Shown: piece after piece, positions 42,396 through 52,626 of the stretch
How positions within the stretch are numbered: position 1 is the first letter of the stretch
Layout: each line of letters opens with the position of its first letter
Virus record (IMG/VR): IMGVR_UViG_3300045988_132703
Length of the DNA stretch: 64,000 nt
Direction: 5' to 3' (one strand)
Source of the DNA: a virus
Translations under genes and position numbers: made by a program
The notes under the pieces: model-generated
The model's database searches: none
The model's input: the letters and a program-made list of their open reading frames with translations, nothing else
Told to the model about the DNA's origin: nothing

Positions 42396-43442
42396 ATGAA
42401 TCGTTTTTGGACAGTTTGTATTCCTTGCTATAATCCAGATGATAGACTTGATAATCTTTTGTAGTCAATAGTTAATTAGAATTGTTCTGATGATATTGAA
42501 GTAATTGTTATTGACGATTGTTCGACTGAAGATTTTTAGCCAATCTTGGATAAATATAAAGATAAATTATTTATTAAAAAATATGTAACTGAAATTAATG
42601 GCGGTCCGGGTCCATCTCGGCAGCGTGGAATTGAGCACGCAACAGGAGAATGGATTACTTTTATTGATCAAGATGACGAGTTTATTTCAGATACTTTTAA
42701 ATCAGTAAGAGATAAGATTGAAAAAAATCCAACTCTTACTACAATGGTAAATACTCCATTTTATATTATTAATGCAAAAACTGGAGAGACTACACAATAT
42801 CTTCCAAGTGCAGATAATTGGATTCATGGTAAGTTTTATAATAGAGAGAAATTTCTTTTAAAATATAATATTCATTTTTGTGAAGACTTATATTCTCATG
42901 AAGATATTTATTTTTCTACTCTTGTAAAAGGTATTTTAAATTGTTGCCATTTACCTTATTTGCAATGTGACGTACCAACTTATAATTGGTATACTTATGG
43001 CGATTCTTTAAGCCATAAACCAACTGAAACTGGATTGAATTATTTGGAAGAATATTATGGAGAATATATTGATTCTATTCTTGAACCAGTCATGCAATTA
43101 GATGAAAAATATCATGACGAAAGTTTTGTTCAAAACCAATTATTAACTCTGCTTTTATTTGGTTATTTTTATATTCAAGGTTTTCTTTATTATAATAGTT
43201 AGAATTTTAAACGTGATAATTTTACGAAATTTAAACAGTTGCTTGATTATACAGAAAAACGTTTGAGTGTTACCAATGATCAAATAATTGAATGGACATA
43301 TAGAAACCCCGCAACATATTTTGATATTCGAGAAAAAGCAGCAGGTGGAACAGGACCAATGATTGAAACTCATTCTTATGCCACTTTCATTAATATGATG
43401 AATCCACCTCAATAGGATGTAAATGATAACAAAGAAAATTGA
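42396..43442 (+). CDS. Family 2 glycosyltransferase
   Basis: CIPCYN, VIVIDDCS, FIDQDDEF. 5 in-frame TAG. Paralogous to 61116..62162. Confidence 0.75.
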
Positions 43443-43668
43443 TAGTGTAGGCCGCATTGTAATTCCGATGGAATTACGAAATAGTTTAGGCTGGAAGTCA
43501 AATGATGAGATTGAATTATGTGAACAAGATGGAAAGTTAGTTTTAACAAAGCATATTATTAAGCAAGGACAATGTGCGATATGTGGGAGTAAAGAGAAAC
43601 TTCTTTCTATTGAAGGTATTGATATTTGCCTGAACTGCGCGGAAAAGATAAGCCAAAAAATAAAATAA
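43423..43668 (+). CDS. AbrB/SpoVT-type DNA-binding protein with C-terminal Zn ribbon
   Basis: VGRIVIPMELRNSLGW swapped-hairpin motif and CAICG...CLNC. No TAG. Overlaps the GT2 3' end by 20 nt. Confidence 0.7.
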   Translation: MITKKIDSVGRIVIPMELRNSLGWKSNDEIELCEQDGKLVLTKHIIKQGQCAICGSKEKLLSIEGIDICLNCAEKISQKIK

Positions 43669-43746
43669 AAAAAGAAAAGCAAAAATAATAAGAATTCAAA
43701 ATAAGTTATGTCGGTTTAGGCAAATTTATTAAAAAGGATTTTTATT

Positions 43747-43972
43747 ATGAAAATTTGCAATTCTTTTAAAACTGGAATATTTATTGGAAAATTTTGAAAG
43801 TATTAATTCTTTTACAGTAGTAACTAAAATAAATAGAGAATTTGATTCTAATTATTTAGTTATTATTCATATGAATTCTAAATACTTTACTAAAGAAGAA
43901 TTAAATAATTCTTTAGCTGATTATTTTAAAAATTTACCCATTGAGTATTCTATAATAGTTGACGAGGGGTAA
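43747..43972 (+). CDS. Hypothetical protein, candidate +1 frameshift fusion (43747..43794 + 43796..43972)
   Basis: An RBS+ATG short ORF ends AAA UUU UGA at 43795-97. The downstream track ORF (43784..43972) lacks an ATG and RBS and is in the +1 frame. Confidence 0.35.
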
Positions 43973-43993
43973 AATACCCCTCGTTTTTATTTT
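43962..43993 (+). terminator. Rho-independent terminator
   Basis: ACGAGGGG-N7-CCCCTCGT followed by TTTTTATTTT. Confidence 0.7.
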
Positions 43994-44004
43994 GAGGTGA
44001 TTAA

Positions 44005-45756
44005 ATGCCTAAATCTAATCATTATGGGCGATTTTATAATAGTGGATTTTATAAAATATATAAACCTAAAGCAAGAAAAGAAAATTTATTTTTTGTTTTT
44101 GAACATGGCACAACGGAAAAAACATCTTATTCAGCAACAAAAATTAAAACTTTAAAAAAGCGTTTATTAGATTCTATTCGAGCTGCGGAATAGATCAGTT
44201 TATAGACAGAATATGGGTTAGTTACAGAATTATGTTCTCATTTAGATAATGATTCAAATTTAACAAAAACAATTAAAGAATATTTAAAAGCTGATGCTAA
44301 TTATTCTGAAATTTAGGGTATTATTCAAAAAGGCGGAGCGACTTCTCAAGCAGAATTAATGCAGTTTTTTAATAGTCGTTATTTTAACACAATGGCTGGT
44401 ACACTTACTGCAGGAGATATTGTTATAAATTCGCGCGGTGAAAAAGATTTAACTGACGCTTTTTGGAGAAAATTACATCAAGATACTTGGGGTCTTTAGA
44501 CTGCGGCATCAAAAGCTGTAACTTATCAAAAAGCATTTGAGAGAATGAAAAGTAAATGGAAAACTTATGGTCATACTCAAAAGGGAAATACTTGGTCTGT
44601 TGTTGGAGATTATTTTGGTTCTATGGGGCAAACATTTCAAGAAAGTGGTTTAGAAGATGAATTATTAATTTATTTTATGTCAGAAATATCTAAAGGCAAA
44701 AAAACACCAGATTAGATTAAAGCTCTAATAGCCTAGGGAGATTAGGCTAAATTTGAGATGCAACGAACTGACAAAGGAGATTTGACTCAAAAACATGGTC
44801 AATTTCAAGAAATATTAGCTAATATTTTAAATGAATTTTATTTACCATAGATTTATGGACAGCTAGGTGTTGGAGTTACATTAACTCATACGGGTAATGA
44901 TTCAAGAAAATATTCTAAAATGGATTTATCTTCTGGTAAATTAGTGAGAGCAGATGAATATAACGTTGGTTAGACAGATTTAAAAATTAATTTTAATTTT
45001 AATGACACAAGTAAATTCTCTTCTAAATACTAGGTAAATATTAGTGCTAAAATGAATCAAGGTTTTGCACGTTTAGAAAATGAAGAAAAACGGCATACAG
45101 ATAGATATTTAACTCATATTTATAGCGGTGGCACTTTAGGTTCAGCATTAAATAGAATTTATAGCAGCCCTGTTTTTAGTGAAACTGGGATGCTAACAGA
45201 AGATAATTTTATAGATTTAGCTTACCTTTTGATAAATGCTGCACAAGGTGGTATTTCTGAAAACAATAAAGATCAAGCTATTTAGGCTTATAAAGCAGCA
45301 ATTTCTTTTGTTGGAATGGAAGAAATTGGAAACACTTTAGGTTTTGATTCTAGCAAAACTGGTAAAAATATAAAAGTTGCAGGTTTAGATATTGGAGCTT
45401 CTACCGTTGTTAATTTATTTTTGATAAATGGTAAATATATAACTGCTTCGGCTTTCTTTTCTGCTCTATATGATTTTATCAATGATAATGAAACAAAAGC
45501 AATGTCAACTAATATTACTTTTGCTAAGACTTTTGATGAATCTGAATTAACGACTTCTTTAGAAAATCAAAGAGTTTATTCTCAAGGTTATTTAAATTTT
45601 ATAAATAGTAATAATTTAGGTTCTCAAAAATCTCATAATAATTTTACTTTTATTCAAGGTGATCCTGTAAAAGTTAGAGACTATATTATGTCAAAGACTA
45701 AAGCTCAAGAATTTAACATTAAATGGACAACTTTTTGGAGAACTTTTTCTGGCTAA
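44005..45756 (+). CDS. Hypothetical 583-aa protein
   Basis: GAGGTGA RBS. 11 in-frame TAG join track ORFs 44005.., 45052.. and 45316..45756. The weak D...(Q)TDLK motif is only suggestive of a nuclease. Confidence 0.5.
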
Positions 45757-45761
45757 ATTCT

Positions 45762-45790
45762 TTGACTTTCTCTTAACTTCATGCTATAAT
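45762..45790 (+). promoter_or_regulatory. Consensus promoter
   Basis: TTGACT, 17-nt spacer, TATAAT, then AATTATAGAAAG. Confidence 0.6.
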
Positions 45791-45839
45791 AATTATAGAA
45801 AGTTAAGAAAAATACATACTTAAAAGGAGTATATTTAAT

Positions 45840-46448
45840 ATGAAGAAATTTTATTGCTGCGACTATTGTGACGAGCTTTTTGAGACTGAAGCTGAATGTA
45901 AGGCTCACGAAGCGACTTGCTTTGAAAAGAAAGATTATGACGAGAGTCGTAAAATGGATAAAGATTCTCTAATTCTCCATCTACGTGAGTTCATCGAGGA
46001 AGTTGAAATCTTCAATGAAGCCTATGGCGCGGACATCATGGATGAATTGCTTAATGATTTCCGCGATGGCGAGTTGAGCTTCGATGGTTGCGAGCATAAG
46101 TGCAATGACACTTATGACTGTGATTGTGAAGATAAAGAGAATGATGAAGATTACGATGGAAATGACGACGAAATCTGCGATGAAGATTTTTATGATGATT
46201 TTTTTGGTATTTCTCATATAAAGAATGCTGAGGAACGTCTTGAGGAAATTCTTAAAGATTGCTGTAATAATGACAAAGAATATACTTTTTATCTTAATGG
46301 TAAGAAAGTAAGTAAAGAAGACCTCAAGAAAGAGCTGGCTGATATTTTTTCTGCTAAGATTGTCCCAGCAGCAAAAGATGCGACTAAAACCGCAGTAAAA
46401 AAAACTGATGATTTTTTGAGTGCGATTCTCGAAAAACTAGATAAGTAA
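45840..46448 (+). CDS. Highly acidic protein with N-terminal C2HC zinc-finger-like motif
   Basis: CDYCDELFETEAECKAHEATC. Long D/E-rich stretch. No TAG. Confidence 0.5.
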   Translation: MKKFYCCDYCDELFETEAECKAHEATCFEKKDYDESRKMDKDSLILHLREFIEEVEIFNEAYGADIMDELLNDFRDGELSFDGCEHKCNDTYDCDCEDKENDEDYDGNDDEICDEDFYDDFFGISHIKNAEERLEEILKDCCNNDKEYTFYLNGKKVSKEDLKKELADIFSAKIVPAAKDATKTAVKKTDDFLSAILEKLDK

Positions 46449-46454
46449 TTTAAT

Positions 46455-46487
46455 GGGAGAGACTAATTGTCTCTTCCTATTTTTTTA
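46455..46487 (+). terminator. Rho-independent terminator
   Basis: GGGAGAGAC-N5-GTCTCTTCC followed by a T-run. Confidence 0.65.
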
Positions 46488-46548
46488 TTATATAATATTT
46501 AACACTTTTTTACTTTAATCTTAGATAAAAAATGGAGGGATAAAATAG

Positions 46549-47622
46549 ATGGCTAATAAATACTATCTTGACCCTAGTAGACCTGGCGGTTAGCCAGTTC
46601 AAGAGTTATATGATACAATTAATTATCTATCTGGAATGTCAGCAAGTGGTACAGCTTCAACAACGACCATTGTACATGATACTCAGATGGAATTTACTAA
46701 TGGTGTAATATTTTCTTGTCCAACAACTTTTTCAAAAAAAAATACCTTTACTGGTAATTCAACTTTCTCTGGTAATGTTTCTTTAAAAGGAAAAAACGAA
46801 CTCTCTGGAACTTTAGAAACAACTCCAGGTTCTACATTGAATATTGCTGGTGGGATTAATTCTTCTGGAACAAATACCTTTTCAGGAAAAACTTCTTTTA
46901 CTACTAATCCAGTTACTATTTTTAACGGTTTAAATGTTAGCGGTCCCGCAAAATTTACTGGCTCTGTATCTTACTCAGATACTATTGATTCCACTGGAAC
47001 TACTAATTTAAATGGTACTTAGAATTTAGGTGGTTCAACAACTAACATTACTAGTGGAACATTAAATGTTTCTGCATAGACAGTTTTTAGTAACGATGTA
47101 ACTTCAAATAAGAAAATTACTGTTAATAATGAATTACAATCTAATTCATTATACGTTAAAAACAATATTAGAGCAGATGGCTCTATTACTGGTTCCCAAG
47201 TTTTTGGTTCTGTTTTTAATGACTATGCTGAATTTTTCCCTCGCAGTGGGTATACAGAACCAGGTGATATTATTGCTCTTGACATGGATTCTGAAAAAGA
47301 AGCCTATAAGCGTGCATCAGCTGGTGATAAATTATTGATTGGTGTTCATTCTAATCAATTTAGTCATTTAATTGGTGGCGAAAATCCACCAGAAGGAAGA
47401 AGTTTTGTTGAATATAATATCAACAAATATATTCCTGTAGGACTTGCTGGACGTGTAAAAGTTAAAGTTTTGGCTCCAATAGAAAAAGGCGATAAAATAA
47501 CTATTAGCGCAGTACCAGGAGTTGGTAAGCGTGCAGAATATGGCGATCAAGTAATTGGTTATGCTCTTGAAAATTATGACGATGATTTAAATATCGGTAT
47601 GGTCAATATGAAGATTATTTAA
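46549..47622 (+). CDS. Tail fibre with beta-helix repeats and peptidase_G2 / IMC-like C-terminal domain
   Basis: Repeated NTFTGNSTFSGNVS units. C-terminus reads DYAEFFPR...LIGVHS...VGLAGRVKVKV...GDKI. 3 in-frame TAG. Confidence 0.6.
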
Positions 47623-47632
47623 GGAGATTATC

Positions 47633-49633
47633 ATGGCTATTAGATTGTACTCTGAGAGCTATGATGGCTCTTTATTAGATGCTTCTAATGAGGGTTTTTC
47701 AACTTACCATAATATAGTTACTTACCAAACAAAACATAATACTATTTATTTAAAAGCAGATGATAATAAAAGATATACTTTAATAGAACTTTCATTACGA
47801 GGTAAAACTTATTTTCTTCAATATGCCATTAATGCTTCTTAGGCTTATTTAGATTTAACGAATGTTGATGGAATCGCGCCAGGAAGTATTTTAAAAGTTG
47901 ATAATGAAGAAATTTTAGTTGAATCGGTTAATTATTCAACTAAGAGATTAACTATATCAAGAGGATACCATTCTACAGTTCCTATGCAGCATAATTCATC
48001 AACAAAAGCAACTGTTGTTACGGATTATACTCAACTTTATTCTCTTGATTCATTAGGTAATAAAACTATTATGTCTTCTGGTATTCTCAATAGTAATATT
48101 GATCCTATTGTTTTATTAGAAGATATTGATGACAAACAAACTTAGTTTTTAATTGCTGACGTATTTGATTGCGCGGTAGGCGATGAATTTACTGATGGTA
48201 TAGAAAATTTTGTTATTCAGGATAAACAAGAAAACGGAACTAATTTTCTTATAACAGTCAAACGTAGTAATGCAATCTCGCATTTAAAAGGAGAAGTATT
48301 TTCTCTTTTCGCAATCCAAGATGATAAATATCATTATTGTTATTATTCAACTTCTCCAATTCGCGGTTCGTCAGTAGGAGAAAGGAATGATATTCAATTA
48401 ATTCTTGATTATGATTGCGAAAATCAATCCTATTCTTCTTCTTTTGATTTAAAAACCATTACTCGTTTAGCTATTATTGGTACTATTGGAGATTCTATTA
48501 CTGCTGGACACGCTGCGTTCCGTGCGGAAGATCATAAAGGTACTTACTGCTGCAATGGAGTAAGTTATGCTAATGATAATACTTCTGAAGATGTAACTTC
48601 TTAGTATCAATATTGGCTTAGTTATAGGCTTGGCAAAAATTATAATGTGTATAATTATGGTACAGGAGAAGAAGTTGGCTATCAAGTTAAAAATCGTTTT
48701 GAAAAAGAAATTCTTTCCTTGCATCCAGATTACACGATTATTCAATGTGGAACTAATGACCTTTCTTTGTTTAATGGCGCAACTGTGATTTCTGGTATTG
48801 ATTCAAGTGCAACAATGGATGAATGGATTTTCACTGAAACTCCAATCATACTTGAAAAGAACGGTATGCGAATAACTTATTATGGATTAGTTCCAGCAGT
48901 AAAAGCAATGATTACTTTGGCACTTAACAATGAAGTTGTTCCAGTAGTAGGAAATCTTTTACCTCGAAATGGTTTAAGTGCAGATATGAGAAAAGCATTT
49001 GATGCTTTCAATAATTGGCTTAAAGATTATGTAGCGTCTCTTGATGGCGTTTATATGGTTGATTTTTTCAATGCTCAAGAAAATGGAAAATATTTAAGAG
49101 AAGATCCTACTGATCCTACTAATTATCGAATGAATGATATTTATTCTTCTGGAGCAGAATTGAATGCAGATGGAACAATCAAAAAATCTGGTGATGGTAT
49201 CCATTTAAATTCAAATGGTTATCGTATTATGGGTTATTGTTTGAATATTGATGTTTTATTTGATGCTTCGGTAGAAGGATTTAGTCTTTACTTAAAACCA
49301 GACGCTTCAATAGAGCCACTTGAAGGACAATTAGATGTAACAACTAATAAGTTTATATATAAAATTCCTTTTAATCTTGTCCAATTAAATAAAGAAAAGA
49401 TTGCAACAAGATACCTTTATAACAAAGGCGTGCTTAATGAGCTTTGTTATATATATCCAAATTCTAATGATGATTTAGATATAAAACTTATTCAAAATGG
49501 TCAAGAAAAAGGACTTATTGCTGAAACTCTTGCGCCAGGTAATTTTTTAGAAATAAAGTTTAAAGTAATCGCTAAAGGTAATACGACGACTGGTCAAATT
49601 ATTGTACTTGGGCGACCAATAGAAACTCTATAA
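47633..49633 (+). CDS. Tail-associated SGNH/GDSL esterase
   Basis: GDSITAG (block I), CGTNDL (block III), DGIHLN (block V). 3 in-frame TAG. Confidence 0.65.
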
Positions 49634-49647
49634 AAGGCGGTGATATA

Positions 49648-50724
49648 ATGGCAGCTCAATTAGATTTTTATAGTTATGATGAAACAACCAAAATATCGAC
49701 CGCGCTAAATGGAACTTATAGCTTAGGAGATATTTTTAAAGGTGCTTCTGGTATAGGAGCACTGAGAATTTATAATTCTGGGACAAAAACAGCTGTAAAT
49801 CCTACTGTCTCTTTCGAAGCATATAATAATAATACTTCAATTTTAGACTGGAAAGGATTATCTTTTAGTAAAGATTATGATTATGATAAAATCCTTTCTC
49901 TTGAAAATATTGCCCCAGGAGAATTTGCGGTTGGTAAAAATATTTACGTTGAAGATTTTGATACTTATGATTATCAATCTGCACAACCAATATCGGGCGA
50001 TGATTGGAAAACATGGCACAATTCTGCATCAATTGATCCTTGGTACGCTTATTCAAAATCTTTATATTTTTATGGGGTAGATTCTCGATTTTCTAATCTT
50101 CCAGAAAATACCGATACAACTGCAATTTTAACACCGTCTGAAAATATTTTAGGAAAAGCAAAAGATTTTACTATTTCTGCAACAATGAGTTGCTTAAAAA
50201 ATTCTTTTATTGGGTGGATTTTTAGAGATAATTATATTATCACAGTTTCTGGGATAAGAGAAGATTTTAAAGATACAATTTATTAGCTTGGACATCAATA
50301 TGCTTTGTAGATTTGGTATGGCGATCCGAAGAAAAATAAAGCATGGTGGACTCCTCTTGAAGATTTTGATTTAGGAAATTCTGTAAATGGCACGAAGATT
50401 ACCATTTCTCTTGAAGATAAAAATGATATTCCAGTCTTTAAAATTTGGTTGGATACAATAGACACAACTAAAGATCCATCATTTGTTTATGTTTTAGAGG
50501 AAGATAAGCGTAAATCTTGTTATTCTGTAGCGGAGTCTATCCCAAAAATTATTGGCTATGAGCCGATTTCCGCTAATATGTCTAATATGGTTATTGATAA
50601 TATTAAAATGATAACTAAAAATGATTTAGGTATTATATATCTAAGAAGCCAAATTCCATCAGATACTAAGTTATCTGGTACTCAATATTTTCTTCTTGAT
50701 ATAGATTATGGTTCGGAGGATTAA
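49648..50724 (+). CDS. Virion-associated hypothetical protein
   Basis: 2 in-frame TAG join track ORFs 49648..50286 and 50449..50724. Confidence 0.5.
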
Positions 50725-50727
50725 TAA

Positions 50728-51840
50728 ATGAGTGTAAAATTATAGTTTTATGACGCGGCTTCTAAACTTTTAGATACTACTATTGGATTAGATTTAGGGA
50801 AAGTACGCAGAGGTTATGACCATATTTCAACCATTTATGTTAAAAACGATGGTGATGAAGCCGCGAAAAACGTAAGTATTATTTCAACAGCAGAAGATAG
50901 TACAGATGCAGATTCTGTATTGGCTTCTACTTGGCAAACTTTTAGCTTAGACGGCAGAATTTATTCTTCAACTCTTGATTTGGGAGTTATAGAAGCAGGA
51001 AAATTTGCTACTGGTCAAGATACTACTGCTGATTCTTTTAAAGACACAAGTTCAAGCATTTTTAAATATTTGCTTGGGAGCGCAAAGCAAGATTTTACTC
51101 CTCCTATTTTAACTTATTATCAAGATGATTCTACTTCTCAATCTTATGGGAGAAGTCAACTTGCTCTTGAGAACGCAAAAAATATTGACTTTTCTTTTAA
51201 AATGGGTTATACTTATAATAAAGAAACATTTAATAGCTTACCATCAAATTAGCAAAATGTTTCAATGGCTATTTTTGCAGCTCGTATAAATGGCATGGGC
51301 AATCCAAAAGATAATGATAATACTGGATATTTAATTGAATTTTTTACTAGTCCTAAATATGAGAATAAATTCCAATTAAAAATTACAGTTGGCGGAAAAG
51401 GCATTGCTGGATAGTCAGATAGAAGTTACGGTACAATTATTGCAGATACTGGCTCAACTTGGCTTGATTATTATCCGCTTTTGACAGATTTTAGAATCCG
51501 TCTTTATAATGATGAAGATGGAGTTCCTTGCTTTGAATTTTATAAAGATAATGAACAGATTGATTTATATAAGTTTGAATGGAACTCAAATAAAACAAGT
51601 ACCGTCCGCACAAATGAAAAGGTAAAAATTCTTAAAGATTTTGACAAAACTTATACCACTGGTGGAAAAACTTATTTTGATGTCAATTTACAAAAAGGTT
51701 CTTTATCTTATCGTTTGTCTGATTTCATTATTAGCTATGACAATGTGAAAGCTCCAATTTATATCAAGACTCATATTGATGATTCTGGTATAAATGGACA
51801 AAAATATACTAGTACAGCTACACTAATTTATCAAGATTGA
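50728..51840 (+). CDS. Virion-associated hypothetical protein
   Basis: 3 in-frame TAG join 50920..51252 and 51481..51840. Its N-terminus resembles that of 49648..50724 (Q/LDFYxxD...LG...G). Confidence 0.5.
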
Positions 51841-51850
51841 GGTGATTGTT

Positions 51851-52522
51851 ATGGGAATTTAGCTTCCAATAAAATTACCTACTACTTTAGACGAATATAA
51901 AATAGGAATTTAGCTTCCTATTAAATTGCCTTTTAGAATTAACCGTGTCAAAAAAGATGACATTTATTATCAAGAGAAATTAAAAATTAGTTCTATTCCT
52001 CAAGAAAGTATTGGCAATAAAGTCTTTTTAAGAATTAGTGAACGTCCGTCTGGCGTGTCAAATTTTTTACCTATTTCAGAAACGGTTTGGGCTTTTCCAG
52101 GTCTAATAGTTAGTGAGAATATTGTTTCTGCACGAAAAAATCAATTGCTAATTGATGAAAAGATTTATAGTCAAATTATTGCTTCTTTTGAGTTAATTAG
52201 TCCAACTCAATTAAAAGTTAGTTGGACTGGTTCAAGAGTTCCACGTGTTTAGGTATATATTAAATCTCTCGAATCGGAGAATTATACATTATATAACACT
52301 TACGCTTGGAACAGGGGTAATGTTATTATTCCTTTACAAAATCAAAATTATTATATTCGTTTAATTGGAATTAATGATTCTGGTTCTTCGGAAACTTATT
52401 TAATTAACACTCCTCTTGAAATAGGTATTCAACCAGAACTGAATATGGTTAATTCAATAGATAAAATTTATAATATTAACGTTCCTTACACATCTGAGTA
52501 TAAGATAGAAGTGGAGTACTAA
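51851..52522 (+). CDS. Hypothetical protein with duplicated GIQLPIKLP N-terminus
   Basis: 3 in-frame TAG. A 27-nt imperfect direct repeat at 51854-80 and 51904-30, each containing a TAG. Confidence 0.45.
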
Positions 52523-52626
52523 TATGGCAGATGCTTATGAATTAGACGAGAAAGACATTCAAATTCAATCTGATTCGTCTAAGAATACATTAATGACTGC
52601 TGAGGAAATTTATAAAAAGTTAGGGT

